Shown in pieces: positions 27,487-37,911 of a stretch of DNA of 64,000 nt. Origin of the DNA: an uncultured Acidobacteriota bacterium (GTDB lineage Bacteria; Acidobacteriota; Thermoanaerobaculia; UBA5066). Position 1 is the first letter of the stretch. Each line of letters starts with the position of its first letter. Below the pieces are notes generated by a model that did no database searches, had not been told where the DNA came from, and saw only the letters and a list, made by a program, of their open reading frames with translations. The stretch is from positions 80,904-144,903 of the forward strand of contig CAWDEX010000003.1 of the NCBI GenBank assembly GCA_963801475.1. The letters are read 5' to 3'. The position numbers were made by a program, and so were the translations under genes.

Positions 27487-29525
27487 CGGCGACCGGCCGC
27501 CCGGACGCGTCCCGCCGCGCGCTGGTCCTTCTGGCCGGCGCGGGGCTCTGGATCTTCGTCCTCCTGTTCCGGCTCGTGGACCTGCAGGTGCTCCGGAAGG
27601 AGGAGTTCGCCCGGCGCGCGAAGAAGCAGCAGGAGCGGACCGTGGAACTCGCGCCGTGGCGCGGCGCGATCCTCGACGCGCAGGGGAAGTCTCTCGCCGT
27701 CACGGTCTACGCGGACTCGGTCTTCGCGATCCCTTCCGACGTCGAGAACCCGAAGGCGACCGCGACGACCCTGGCGCCGCTCCTGGGCGTGCCCGCCCGC
27801 GAACTCGAACGGCGGCTCTCGAACGTCGAGAAGGACTTCGTCTGGCTGGCCCGCCGGGTCTCCGAGGAGACGGCTGCGAAGGTCACGCGGACGCGCCTGC
27901 CCGGCGTGAAGCTCTGGAAGGAGTCGGCGCGGCGTTACCCGGAGGGGACCCTCGCCGCGGCGATCCTCGGCTACGTCGGAACGGACAACGTGGGGCTCGC
28001 GGGCCTGGAGCACCGCTACGACGCCGAGATCCGCGGGCAACCGGTCCGCATCACGCTCCTGCGCGACGCCGTCCAACGCCACTACGCCACGCGGCAGCCC
28101 GTCCGGTCCGCGGAGCGGGGGGGCGCCGGAGCGGGGACCGAGGGGTCCACCCTCGTCCTGACGCTGGACGCCTCGATCCAGCACGTGGCGGAGCGCGAGA
28201 TCGAGACGGCCCGGCGCGAGCACGCCGCGCGTTCGGTCTCGGTCGCCGTGCTCGACCCGAAGACCGGCGCGGTGCTGGCGCTCGCCACCACCCCGGGTTT
28301 CGACCCGAATCACTACGGCGACGTGGACGCCGAGACGCGCCGCTGCCGGCCCCTCGCCGACGCCTTCGAGCCGGGATCCACCTTCAAGGTGATCACCTTC
28401 GCCGCGGCGCTCGACGCCGGCGCCGTCGCGGAGAACGACGTCATCGACTGCGGGAACGGGGCGCTGACGATCGGAACGACGACGATCCACGAGCACGGAC
28501 GGAAGGCCTGGGCGACGCTGCCGCTCCCGGCCGTTCTCGCGCACTCCTCGAACATCGGGAGCGCGCGAATCGGGCTCTCGCTCGGCCGGGGGCCGTTCTA
28601 CCGCGCCGTCCGCGCGTTCGGATTCGGCCAGCGGACGGGAATCGACCTGGACGGGGAGACGAGCGGCCTTCTGGCCGATGTCGCCTCCTGGAGCGCTCTC
28701 TCCCTCCCGACGATCTCGTTCGGACAGGAGATCGGCGTGACCCTTCTTCAGATGGCCCGCGGCTACGCCGCTGTCGCGAACGACGGCCTTCTTCCGACGC
28801 CGTACCTCGTCCAGGAGATCCGCCGGAGCGAGAGCGACATCCGGCGGATCACGCCGCGGGCGCCCGTCCGGGTCGTCTCGCCGGCGACGGCGGCCATCCT
28901 CCGGCGGCTCATGGCGGGCGTCGTCGAGGAAGGTACGGGGAAGCTCGCAGCCGTTCCCGGATATACGGCCGCGGGGAAGACCGGAACGGCTCAGAAGGCG
29001 ATGCCGGGCGGCGGCTACGCGAAGGACAGACACGTCGCCTCCTTCGTCGGCTTCAGCCCGGTGGAGGCGCCCCGTCTCGTCGTGGCCGTCGTGGTCGACG
29101 AACCCCGGGGGAAGTACTACGGCGGCGACGTCGCCGCGCCCGTCTTCTCGGCCGTGATGGGCGAGTCGCTCCGGCTCCTCGGCGTGCCCCCCGGCCTCCC
29201 CGACCAGGCGCCGGCAATCCTGACGGCGGACCTCTCGGCCGGCGCCCGCGTCGCCGGCCCGGCGCCGCTTCTCGTTCCGGCCGCGAACCGGTTCGATGCC
29301 GGTGGCGCCGAGCCTGCCGAAGGAACGGTTCCGGAACTCGCCGGCCTCTCGGCCCGCGACGCCGTCCGGGCGCTCGCCCGAGCCGGGCTGACCGCGCGTC
29401 TTTCCGGGCGCGGCTTCGTCGTGGCGCAGGACCCTCCGGCCGGAACGGCTGCCGGGCGCGGCGGCACCTGCCTCGTGGCGCTGGCGCCGGCCGCCCCGGG
29501 CGGCCGGGGCGGGGCCGCGCCGTGA
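27483..29525 (+). CDS. ftsI: peptidoglycan D,D-transpeptidase FtsI (PBP3) with C-terminal PASTA domain
   Basis: It has the PBP dimerisation domain and the transpeptidase motifs 'STFK', 'SSN' and 'KTGT', plus a PASTA-like C-terminus. The track ORF starts at GTG 27576, but the TM anchor 'RRALVLLAGAGLWIFVLLF' is encoded in-frame immediately upstream with no ATG, GTG or TTG. An inferred CTG start at 27483 overlaps the ftsL TGA. Confidence 0.8.
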   Translation: MTATGRPDASRRALVLLAGAGLWIFVLLFRLVDLQVLRKEEFARRAKKQQERTVELAPWRGAILDAQGKSLAVTVYADSVFAIPSDVENPKATATTLAPLLGVPARELERRLSNVEKDFVWLARRVSEETAAKVTRTRLPGVKLWKESARRYPEGTLAAAILGYVGTDNVGLAGLEHRYDAEIRGQPVRITLLRDAVQRHYATRQPVRSAERGGAGAGTEGSTLVLTLDASIQHVAEREIETARREHAARSVSVAVLDPKTGAVLALATTPGFDPNHYGDVDAETRRCRPLADAFEPGSTFKVITFAAALDAGAVAENDVIDCGNGALTIGTTTIHEHGRKAWATLPLPAVLAHSSNIGSARIGLSLGRGPFYRAVRAFGFGQRTGIDLDGETSGLLADVASWSALSLPTISFGQEIGVTLLQMARGYAAVANDGLLPTPYLVQEIRRSESDIRRITPRAPVRVVSPATAAILRRLMAGVVEEGTGKLAAVPGYTAAGKTGTAQKAMPGGGYAKDRHVASFVGFSPVEAPRLVVAVVVDEPRGKYYGGDVAAPVFSAVMGESLRLLGVPPGLPDQAPAILTADLSAGARVAGPAPLLVPAANRFDAGGAEPAEGTVPELAGLSARDAVRALARAGLTARLSGRGFVVAQDPPAGTAAGRGGTCLVALAPAAPGGRGGAAP

Positions 29526-31027
29526 GGCTCTCTCTCCTCGCGGCAGAGCTGCCGCACGAGCGGACGGGGGGGGGCGGCGACCCGGAGATCCTCGCCATCA
29601 CGCACGACTCGCGGCAGGCCGTCCCCGGTTCGCTCTTCGCCGCTCTGCCCGGCCTCGTCGTCGACGGCCGGACCTACGTCGCCGACGCCGTGTCGCGAGG
29701 TGCCGTAGCGGCGCTGGGGCTGCCTCCGTCGCCCCCGGCCTCCGGCGTCCCGTACCTCGGCGTCGGCAACCCGCGGCGGGCGGCGGGCCTCCTCGCGGCG
29801 AAGCTCGCGGGGTTCCCGGCCGGCCGCCTCGTCATGGCGGGCGTCACCGGGACCAGCGGCAAGACGACGACGACACTCCTCCTCGACCGGGTTCTCTCGG
29901 TCCGCCACCCGAAACGGGGGCTCTTCGGAACCCTCGTCTGGCGGGGCGCGGACGGTCGGGAGGTCGCCGCCTCCCGGACGACGCCGGAAGCGACCGAGCT
30001 GCAGCCGATGCTCGCCGAGCTCGCGGCCGACGGCGGCACGGCCGCGGCGATGGAATGCTCCTCGCACGCGTTGACGCTCGAGCGCCTCGCCGGGTGCGCG
30101 TTCGACGTGGGGGTCTTCCTGAATCTCTCGCGCGAGCACCTCGACTTCCACGGGGACATGGACCGCTACTTCGAGGCGAAGGCCCGGCTCTTCGGCCTCC
30201 TGAAGCCGGGCGGCAAGGCCGTCGTGAACCTCGCCGACCCGTGGGGACGCCGGCTCCTTCCGCGCATTCCGGGACCGTCCCGCTTCGCGTTCTCGCTCGA
30301 AGGCCACGCGGCCGCCGACGTCCGCGGGCGGATCCGCGCCGCCGCGCCGCGAATCTCCCTCGAAGTCATGATCGCGGCGACGGAGCAGACGTTCGATCTC
30401 CGGTCCCCGCTCCTCGGCCGCCCGAACGCCGAGAACCTTCTCGCCGCCGTCGCCGCCGGTCTCGCTCTGGGGCTTCCGGCTTCGGAGATCCTCCGCGCTC
30501 TCGCCCAGGTCGACCGGATTCCCGGCCGGCTCGAACGCGTTCCGAACAACCGGGGTCTCCACGTTCTCGTCGACTACGCCCACAAGCCGGGAGCGCTCGA
30601 AGGGGTCCTCCTCACGGCGCGCGAGCTGGCGAAGACGACGAGCGGGCGCGTCCTCGTCGTCTTCGGCTGCGGCGGCGACCGCGACAAGGGCAAGCGCCCG
30701 GACATGGGGAAGATCGCGGCCATGCTCGCGGACGACGTCCTCGTGACGTCCGACAACCCGCGGACCGAGCAACCGGAGGCGATCCTCGCCGACATCCGGG
30801 CCGGCGTCCAGGCCGCCGGCAAGTCGGCCGACTACATCGTCGACCGGCGCGAGGCGATCGCCGAGGCGCTCCGGCGGGCGCGCCCGGGGGACGTCGTCCT
30901 GATCGCGGGCAAGGGGCACGAAGCCGAACAGGTCTTCGCCGACCGGCGGGTGCCGTTCGACGATCGCGAGGTGGCGGGCGAGCTCCTCCGGGGCCTGGCC
31001 GACCCCGACACGGGAGGGGCGGGATGA
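29522..31027 (+). CDS. murE: UDP-N-acetylmuramoyl-L-alanyl-D-glutamate--2,6-diaminopimelate ligase MurE
   Basis: Mur ligase with the 'GVTGTSGKTTTT' P-loop. 'DNPR' near the C-terminus, which is characteristic of meso-DAP-adding MurE. GTG start in a GTGA overlap with ftsI. Confidence 0.9.
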   Translation: MRLSLLAAELPHERTGGGGDPEILAITHDSRQAVPGSLFAALPGLVVDGRTYVADAVSRGAVAALGLPPSPPASGVPYLGVGNPRRAAGLLAAKLAGFPAGRLVMAGVTGTSGKTTTTLLLDRVLSVRHPKRGLFGTLVWRGADGREVAASRTTPEATELQPMLAELAADGGTAAAMECSSHALTLERLAGCAFDVGVFLNLSREHLDFHGDMDRYFEAKARLFGLLKPGGKAVVNLADPWGRRLLPRIPGPSRFAFSLEGHAAADVRGRIRAAAPRISLEVMIAATEQTFDLRSPLLGRPNAENLLAAVAAGLALGLPASEILRALAQVDRIPGRLERVPNNRGLHVLVDYAHKPGALEGVLLTARELAKTTSGRVLVVFGCGGDRDKGKRPDMGKIAAMLADDVLVTSDNPRTEQPEAILADIRAGVQAAGKSADYIVDRREAIAEALRRARPGDVVLIAGKGHEAEQVFADRRVPFDDREVAGELLRGLADPDTGGAG

Positions 31028-32112
31028 TTCCCTGGCTCCTTGCGCCCCTCGCCGGGAAGCTCCCCGTCGTCGGCGTATTTCGCTACATCACGTTCCGCGC
31101 CGCCATGGCGGCGTTGATCGCGCTCATCCTGTCGATCATCCTCGGGCCCGGCCTGATCCGGTGGCTGAAGGACCGGCAGATCGGGCAGTCCATCCGCGAG
31201 GAAGGGCCGAAGGCCCACCAGGCGAAGGCCGGGACCCCGACGATGGGAGGGGTCCTCATCAACCTCGCCGTGGCCCTCCCGACGCTCCTCTTCGCCGACC
31301 TCGCGAACCGCTACGTCTGGGTGGCGCTCGCCGCGATGCTCCTCGCCATGGGCGTCGGCGTCGGGGACGACTGGCGGAAGGTCTCCCGCCAGCACAACCG
31401 GGGCCTCTCGGGCCGCCAGAAGATCTTCCTTCAGGCGCTGATCGGACTCGGCGTGGGACTCGCCTCGCTCATGCTCTTCCCGGGTCGGCCCGATCCGACC
31501 CACCTCTCCTTCCCCTTCCTGAAGAACGTCCACCCCGACCTCGGCACCGCGGGCTACCTCGTCTTCGCGACGATCGTCGTCGTCGGCGCCTCGAACGCGG
31601 TGAACCTGACAGACGGCCTGGACGGGCTCGCGATCGGCTCGACGCTCATCGCGGCGGCGACGCTGGCCCTTCTGGCCTACATCGCAGGAAACGTCCGCGC
31701 CGCCAGCTACCTCCTCGTCCCCTCGGTTCCCGGCACCGGCGAGCTCTCGGTCTTCCTTGCCGCCCTCGTCGGGGCGTCGCTGGGCTTCCTCTGGTTCAAC
31801 GCGCATCCGGCCGAGGTCTTCATGGGCGACACGGGCTCCCTGGCGCTCGGCGCGGCGCTCGGAACCGTCGCCATCCTGATCAGGCAGGAGATCCTTCTCG
31901 TCTTCGTCGGCGGACTCTTTGTCGTGGAGGCGCTCTCGGTCATCCTCCAGGTCGGCTCGTTCAAGCTGACGGGACGGCGCGTCTTCCGGATGGCGCCGCT
32001 GCATCATCACTTCGAGCTCCTCGGCTGGGCCGAATCCAAGGTCATCATCCGGTTCTGGATCGTCGCCATCATCTTCGCCCTCTTCTCCCTTTCCACCCTG
32101 AAGCTGCGATGA
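31024..32112 (+). CDS. mraY: phospho-N-acetylmuramoyl-pentapeptide transferase MraY
   Basis: A 10-TM protein with the 'NAVNLTDGLDGLA' and 'FMGDTGSLALG' MraY motifs. ATGA overlap with murE. Confidence 0.92.
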   Translation: MIPWLLAPLAGKLPVVGVFRYITFRAAMAALIALILSIILGPGLIRWLKDRQIGQSIREEGPKAHQAKAGTPTMGGVLINLAVALPTLLFADLANRYVWVALAAMLLAMGVGVGDDWRKVSRQHNRGLSGRQKIFLQALIGLGVGLASLMLFPGRPDPTHLSFPFLKNVHPDLGTAGYLVFATIVVVGASNAVNLTDGLDGLAIGSTLIAAATLALLAYIAGNVRAASYLLVPSVPGTGELSVFLAALVGASLGFLWFNAHPAEVFMGDTGSLALGAALGTVAILIRQEILLVFVGGLFVVEALSVILQVGSFKLTGRRVFRMAPLHHHFELLGWAESKVIIRFWIVAIIFALFSLSTLKLR

Positions 32113-33500
32113 GCCTCTCCCTCGGACCCGACCTCCCGGAGATCGGCCGCGCGGCGGTGTTCGGCCTCGCCCGGTCGGGCCGCGCGGCCGTGGAGGTGCT
32201 CCTCTCGCGCGGGGTCGAGGTCGTCGCCACGGACGCGAAGAGCCGCGAGGAGCTGGGCGACCTTCCGGAGCGGGACGGCGTACGGTACGTGCTCGGGGGG
32301 CACCCGGAGTCGCTCCTGTCCTCCGTCGACGTCGTCGTCGTCTCGCCCGGCATCCCGCTCCTCCTTCCGGTCTTCGACGCGGCGCGATCGCGCGCTCTTC
32401 CGGTCATCTCTGAGGTCGAGCTGGCCTCGCGCCTCCTCGCCGGCGTGGTCGTCGGCATTACCGGGACGAACGGAAAGTCGACGACGACGGCGCTGGCGGC
32501 GGCGCTCCTGAAGGCCGCCGGGCGGGTCGCCGTACCCTGCGGAAATTTCGGCACGCCGTGGATCTCCTTCGCGGCGCCGGGCGCCCGCCCGGCGGAGGCG
32601 CCTCCTCCGATCTGGGTCGTGGAGCTCTCGTCCTTCCAGCTGGAGGGGATCCGGCGCCTCGCGCCCGACGTGGCGGTCCATCTCAACCTGACGCCCGACC
32701 ACCTCGATCGTTACCGCTCGCTCGACGACTACGGAGCGGCGAAGGCGCGGATCTTCGAGAACCAACGCGAGGCGCAGGTCGCCGTGCTGAATGCGGATGA
32801 CCCGGCCGTGGCCCGCATCCGGCCGCGCGCCCGCCGCTTCGAGTTCTCCCGGAGGACCCTGCCCGCGCGCGGTGTGGCGCTCGTCGGCGACGCCTTCCTC
32901 GCCGACCTGGACGGGGCCGGCGCGCGCCCCGTGGCGCGGCGGGACGACCTGACGCTCCCCGGCGCGCACAACGTCGAGAACGCCCTCGCAGCGCTCGCGG
33001 CGACGCTTCCCCTCGGCGTGACGCCCGAAGCCGCCGTCGCGACCTTCCGCTCCTTCCGCGGTCTGCCCCACCGGACGGAGCTGGTCCGGGTCCTGCGGGG
33101 CGTGACCTGGTACGACGACTCGAAGGGGACGAACGTCGACGCGACGCTCAAGAGCCTAGAGGGATTCCCCGACGGGACGGTCCACCTGATCCTCGGCGGG
33201 AAGGAGAAGGGGGACGACTTCCGGCGCCTCGCCCCGCTCGTCCGCGTCAAGGCGCGGCGCGTCCTGACGATCGGCGCGGCGGGAGACCGGATCGCCGCCG
33301 CGCTCGAGGGAACGCGCGGCATCACGGTCATCCGGTGCGGGACGCTGGAGCGCGCCGTTCAGGAATCGGCGACCGCCGCCGCGCCGGGAGAGTTCGTCCT
33401 CCTGTCGCCCGCCTGCGCCTCCTTCGACCAGTTCCGGAACTACGAGCACCGGGGCGAGGTCTTCGCCCGGCTCGCCCAGGCGCTTCCGGAGGCCGGGTAG
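32109..33500 (+). CDS. murD: UDP-N-acetylmuramoylalanine--D-glutamate ligase MurD
   Basis: 'GITGTNGKSTTT' P-loop, Mur ligase central and C-terminal domains, and an N-terminal Rossmann fold 'VFGLARSGRAAVEVL'. ATGA overlap with mraY. Confidence 0.9.
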   Translation: MSLSLGPDLPEIGRAAVFGLARSGRAAVEVLLSRGVEVVATDAKSREELGDLPERDGVRYVLGGHPESLLSSVDVVVVSPGIPLLLPVFDAARSRALPVISEVELASRLLAGVVVGITGTNGKSTTTALAAALLKAAGRVAVPCGNFGTPWISFAAPGARPAEAPPPIWVVELSSFQLEGIRRLAPDVAVHLNLTPDHLDRYRSLDDYGAAKARIFENQREAQVAVLNADDPAVARIRPRARRFEFSRRTLPARGVALVGDAFLADLDGAGARPVARRDDLTLPGAHNVENALAALAATLPLGVTPEAAVATFRSFRGLPHRTELVRVLRGVTWYDDSKGTNVDATLKSLEGFPDGTVHLILGGKEKGDDFRRLAPLVRVKARRVLTIGAAGDRIAAALEGTRGITVIRCGTLERAVQESATAAAPGEFVLLSPACASFDQFRNYEHRGEVFARLAQALPEAG

Positions 33501-34604
33501 ATGGCGAAGAAGCTGGCCTCCGACCGCGTCCTCTTCGTGGCCGTCGTCCTCCTCGTCCTGACGGGTCTCTTGATGATCTACAGCGCCTCCGCGATGCAGA
33601 TCTATCTCCCGGCGGCCGGAGCGCCCGCGCTCCCGTACTTCTTCCTCGTCAAGCAGGGAATCGCCGTTCTCCTCGGGGCGGGCCTGATGACGGGGGCGCT
33701 TCTCGTGGACTACCGCCACCTGAACCGGCCCCGCCTCGTCGCTCTGGGGCTCGTCGTCCTCGCCGGGACCCTCGTCGCCGTCCTCTTCCGGGCGCCGATC
33801 AACGGCACGCGCCGCTGGATCGACCTGGGCGTCCTCTCGGTCCAGCCCTCGGAGTTCGCCAAGCTCGGCCTCGTCGTGGCGCTGGCCGCGTTCCTCTCCC
33901 GGCGCGAGACGGAGATCGCCCACCCGACGCGAACGCTTCTCCCGGTCGCCGGCCTTCTCGCCTTCTTCGCCGGTCTCGTCCTCCTCCAGCCCGATTTCGG
34001 GACGGCCGTGACCTACTTCGTCATCGCGGCCGCGATGCTCTTCTTCGCCGGGCTGCCGTTCCGGTGGTTCGCCCTCGCGACCGTTCTCGTCCTGCCGACG
34101 CTCACGGCCTATGTCCTCTCGGCCCAGTACCGGCGGGACCGGATCCTGGCCTTCCTCCATCCCGAAGCCGACCCGCTCGGCAAGGGATTCCAGGCCGTCC
34201 AGTCGCTCATCGCGGTCGGCACGGGCGGCCTCACGGGCCTCGGCCTCGGCGAGGGGAAGCAGAAGCTCTTCTTCCTGCCCTATCCCTACACCGACTTCAT
34301 CTACGCGATCGTCGGCGAGGAACTCGGCCTGATCGGCTGCGTCAGCGTCCTGGCCCTCTTCGGCATCGTCTTCGCCCGCGGCATCCGCGCCGCCGCCAAC
34401 GCCCCGGATTCGTTCGGACGCCTGCTGGGCGTGGGCCTGTCGGTGATGATCGTCGCGCAGGCCCTCGTCAACATCTCCGTCGTCCTCGCCCTCCTGCCCA
34501 CCAAGGGGATCCCCCTCCCGTTCCTGTCGTACGGCGGTTCGGCCCTCTGGACGAACCTCCTCGCGGTCGGGGTCCTCCTCAACCTCTCGCAGCACGCCTC
34601 ATGA
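33501..34604 (+). CDS. ftsW: SEDS-family peptidoglycan glycosyltransferase FtsW
   Basis: A 367-aa polytopic protein with 'YSASAM' and 'PTKGIPLPFLSYGGSA' SEDS signatures. Confidence 0.9.
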   Translation: MAKKLASDRVLFVAVVLLVLTGLLMIYSASAMQIYLPAAGAPALPYFFLVKQGIAVLLGAGLMTGALLVDYRHLNRPRLVALGLVVLAGTLVAVLFRAPINGTRRWIDLGVLSVQPSEFAKLGLVVALAAFLSRRETEIAHPTRTLLPVAGLLAFFAGLVLLQPDFGTAVTYFVIAAAMLFFAGLPFRWFALATVLVLPTLTAYVLSAQYRRDRILAFLHPEADPLGKGFQAVQSLIAVGTGGLTGLGLGEGKQKLFFLPYPYTDFIYAIVGEELGLIGCVSVLALFGIVFARGIRAAANAPDSFGRLLGVGLSVMIVAQALVNISVVLALLPTKGIPLPFLSYGGSALWTNLLAVGVLLNLSQHAS

Positions 34605-35716
34605 GCGGCGCCTTCGGCATCCTGATCGCGGGCGGGGGAACCGGAGGGCACGTCTTTCCGGCGCTCGCGCTCGCGGCGGAACTCTCGCGGCGCCGGCCGG
34701 AGGAGCCCGTCGTCTTCGTCGGAACGCGCGCGGGCCTCGAGAAGGACCTCGTCCCGAAGGCGGGCTACCCGCTGGAGTTCGTCCGGGCGCGCGGGATCGT
34801 CGGCAAGGGACTCGGGGCCCGCCTGAGGGGGACCGCCGCCCTCGGGCCCGCCCTTCTCGACTCGTGGCGGATCCTCTCGCGGCGCGCGCCGCGCGCCGTC
34901 GTCGGCGTCGGCGGATACGCCTCGGGGCCCGTCGTCGCCACGGCGTGGCTCCGCCGCATCCCGACGATCGTCCACGAGGCGAACGCCGTGCCCGGTGTGA
35001 CGAACCGCCTCCTGGCGCGCGTCGCGACCCGCGTCGCCGCCGGGACGCCTGCCGCCGTGGAGGCGCTCCCGGGCGCCGTCGTCACGGGGAATCCCGTGCG
35101 CGAGGCGTTCTTCCGGATTCCCCCGCTCGCCGGACGTCCGGCGGCCCGTCGGATGCGCGTCCTGGTCGTCGGGGGGAGCCAGGGAGCGCAGATTCTCAAC
35201 CGGCTCGTCCCCGACGCGCTTGCGGCCGTCGCGGAGCGCGGCCTGGCGCTCGAGGTCGTCCACCAGGCGGGACGCGCGCGCCGCGGCCTCGGCCACGATG
35301 CCGCCGACCTGCGGGCCCGCTACGAGGCACTCGGATTCGGCGCCGGGGCCGTGCGCGAGTTTCTCGACGACATCCCGGAGGAGTACGCCTCGGCCGATCT
35401 CCTCGTCGCGCGCTCCGGCGCCATGACGGTGGCCGAAATGGCCGCCGCGGGCCGGCCGGCGCTCCTCGTCCCGTTCGCCGGGGCGACGCACGGCCACCAG
35501 GAGGCGAACGCCCGGGCGCTCGAACGCGCCGGTGCCGCCGTCGTCGTGACGGAGGCGGAGGCGACGGTTCCGCGGCTCGCGGAGACGATCGCGGCGCTCC
35601 TCTCCGACGCCGGAAGACTCCTCGCGATGGGCGGGGCGGCCCGCCGGGCGGCCGTACCGGACGCCGCCGCGCGTCTCGCGGACCTCGTGCTCGGCGCGGC
35701 GGGGGGGGCGGCGTGA
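34601..35716 (+). CDS. murG: UDP-N-acetylglucosamine--N-acetylmuramyl-(pentapeptide) pyrophosphoryl-undecaprenol N-acetylglucosamine transferase MurG
   Basis: 'GGGTGGHVFPALALA' N-terminus and a GT28 C-terminal domain. ATGA overlap with ftsW. Confidence 0.9.
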   Translation: MSGAFGILIAGGGTGGHVFPALALAAELSRRRPEEPVVFVGTRAGLEKDLVPKAGYPLEFVRARGIVGKGLGARLRGTAALGPALLDSWRILSRRAPRAVVGVGGYASGPVVATAWLRRIPTIVHEANAVPGVTNRLLARVATRVAAGTPAAVEALPGAVVTGNPVREAFFRIPPLAGRPAARRMRVLVVGGSQGAQILNRLVPDALAAVAERGLALEVVHQAGRARRGLGHDAADLRARYEALGFGAGAVREFLDDIPEEYASADLLVARSGAMTVAEMAAAGRPALLVPFAGATHGHQEANARALERAGAAVVVTEAEATVPRLAETIAALLSDAGRLLAMGGAARRAAVPDAAARLADLVLGAAGGAA

Positions 35717-37089
35717 ACTTCCTTCGCGTCCGGCAGATCCACTTCGTGGGCATCGGGGGAATCGGCATGTCGGGCCTCGCCGAGCTGCTCCGGACCGTCG
35801 GCCTGCGCGTCACGGGCTCCGACGCGAAGGAGTCGGAGACGACCCGTCGCCTCTCGGGCCTCGGGATCACGGTGTTCGAGGGCCACCGCCCGGAGCACGT
35901 CACGGGCGCCGACGTCGTCGTCTATTCCTCCGCCGTGTCCGAGGAGAACGTCGAGGTCTCGGCAGCGCGCGCGGCGGGCATCCCCGTGATCAAGCGGGCC
36001 GAAATGCTCGCCGAGGTGATGCGGTTCAAGCGGGGGATCGCCATTGCCGGGACGCACGGCAAGACGACGACCACGTCGATGACGGGCGCGATTCTCCTGG
36101 CGGCCGGACTCGATCCGACCATCATCGTCGGCGGACGGATGCGCGACGTCGGGAGCGCCCGGCTCGGGCGGGGCGAGTGGCTCGTGGCCGAAGCGGACGA
36201 ATTCGACCGTTCTTTCCTCGAGCTCCGGCCCGTCCTCGCCGTCGTCACCAACGTCGACCTCGAACACCTCGACACCTACCGCGACCTCAACGACCTGCAG
36301 GACGCCTTCGCCCGCTTCTCGCACAGCGTCCCGTTCTTCGGTGCGGCGCTCCTCGGCCTCGACGACCCGAACGTCCAGGAGATCCGGCCGCTCATCCGGC
36401 GGCGCGTCGTGACGTGGGGCCTGACGCCGCAGGCGGACGTCACGGCCCGGGACCTCGTCCTCGAACGGGGAGGCTCACGCTTCGTCGCCGTGGCGGAGCG
36501 GACGGTCCTCGGACCGGTCGCCCTCTCCGTGCCGGGGCTTCACAACGTCAAGAACGCCCTCGCGGCCCTCGCCGTCTCGCGGGAGCTGGAGATCCCCTTC
36601 CTCCTGGCGGCCCGCGCGCTCGGGGATTTCGCCGGCGTCATCCGACGGTTCGAACGGAAGGGAGAGCGGGACGGCGTGCTCGTCTACGACGACTACGCCC
36701 ACCACCCGACCGAGGTCGCCGCGACGCTCGCGGCGGCCCGGCAGTTCTATCCGGAGCGGCGTCTCGTGGCCCTCTTCCAGCCGCACCTCTACTCGCGGAC
36801 GCGCGATTTCGCGCCGCAATTCGGCGCGGCGTTCCTCGCGGCCGATGTCCTTCTCGTGACGCCGGTCTACGGCTCCCGCGAGGCGCCGATCGCCGGCGTC
36901 ACGGGCGCTCTCGTGGCCGACGCGGCGACGGCGCGCGGGCACCGGAGCGTCCACTTCCTCGCGTCCCGGGAGGAGGTCCTTCCCGCCCTCGAGGAGACGC
37001 TCCGGGAGGGAGACCTCCTCGTCACGATGGGGGCCGGCGACGTCCTTCACTTCGGCGAGGAGTGGCTCCGGGCGGGAGGTGGCGCGTGA
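35712..37089 (+). CDS. murC: UDP-N-acetylmuramate--L-alanine ligase MurC
   Basis: 'IHFVGIGGIGMSGLA' and 'AIAGTHGKTTTT'. GTG start overlapping the murG stop. About 459 aa, so it is not fused to ddl or murB. Confidence 0.9.
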
Positions 37090-37901
37090 GCGGCTTCTAC
37101 CGGCCCCCGGCCACGCGGCTCGTCCGTCCGACCCGCCGGCGCCCGGCGTTTCGGGCGTTCGGTCCGACGCTCGGCTTGCTCGCGCTGGCGCTCGCCGCGC
37201 TGGTGGGCGCCCTCGTCCTCACCCGCCATCCACGGTTCGCCGTGAAGCGCGTCGTCCTCGAGGGTGTCCCCGAGGCCCGCCGCGCCGAGGCCGAAGAGGT
37301 GACGGACGCTTTCCTGGGCCGCCCGCTCCTCTTCGTGGACCTGGACACGGCGGTAGACGGCCTCGCGAAGCGGCCCTGGGTGGCACGGGTCGCGGCCCGG
37401 CGGATCATCCCGGACACGCTCGTCGTCCGGGTCGAGGCGCGCCCGCCGGTGGCCCTGGCCCGGCGCGGGGCCGGCCTGTGGGTGGTCGACCGGAGCGGCT
37501 CGTGGCTGGGGCCGTACTCCGGCCGGGCCCTCTCGGGCGAGGACGACTATCCGATCATCTCGCCGGCCGCCGGAGGGCCGGGGAACGAGGACGGCGTCTC
37601 GCGCGGCGCCGCGTTCCTCGTGGCCCTCAAGGCCGAGGATCCGGCGCTCCATTCCCGCATCTCGGAGGTCATCGTGTCTTCCGACGGATTTGCCGTCACC
37701 GACCGCGTCGCGCGTGCGCGCCTCTTGCTTCCGGGCGACCCCGCCGAGACGCCGCGAGCCGCGGCGGCATGGCGGGCGTGGCTCGCTCTCGTCCCCGACC
37801 TCGGACGCCGCGGCCTGCCCGTGGACGCGGCGGACCTCCGCTTCGACGGGCGCATCGTCCTGAATGCACCGCCCGAGCTTCTCGGGCGCGGAAAGACCTG
37901 A
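37086..37901 (+). CDS. ftsQ: cell division protein FtsQ/DivIB-like (POTRA)
   Basis: GTG start overlapping the murC stop. It has a single TM segment 'LGLLALALAALVGALVL' followed by a POTRA-like region 'FAVKRVVLEG...'. It sits in the ftsQ position before ftsA. Confidence 0.65.
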   Translation: MSGFYRPPATRLVRPTRRRPAFRAFGPTLGLLALALAALVGALVLTRHPRFAVKRVVLEGVPEARRAEAEEVTDAFLGRPLLFVDLDTAVDGLAKRPWVARVAARRIIPDTLVVRVEARPPVALARRGAGLWVVDRSGSWLGPYSGRALSGEDDYPIISPAAGGPGNEDGVSRGAAFLVALKAEDPALHSRISEVIVSSDGFAVTDRVARARLLLPGDPAETPRAAAAWRAWLALVPDLGRRGLPVDAADLRFDGRIVLNAPPELLGRGKT

Positions 37902-37911
37902 GGAACATCCC

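Noticed and set aside
29522-31027. The possibility that murE is a MurE-MurF fusion, which would explain the missing murF.
   Set aside because: At 501 aa the product matches a single Mur ligase. There is no second P-loop or second ligase module.
27656-35716. Very long plus-strand ORFs (27656-31027, 30055-32112, 31161-33500, 33335-35716, 34864-37089, 36177-37901) that appear to fuse neighbouring dcw genes.
   Set aside because: Each is an out-of-frame read-through of the upstream gene that joins the true downstream gene only at its start (xTGA overlaps). The real gene boundaries were set at the conserved N-termini (MIPWLL for mraY, MSLSLGP for murD, MSGAFGIL for murG, VNFLRV for murC, VSGFYRP for ftsQ).
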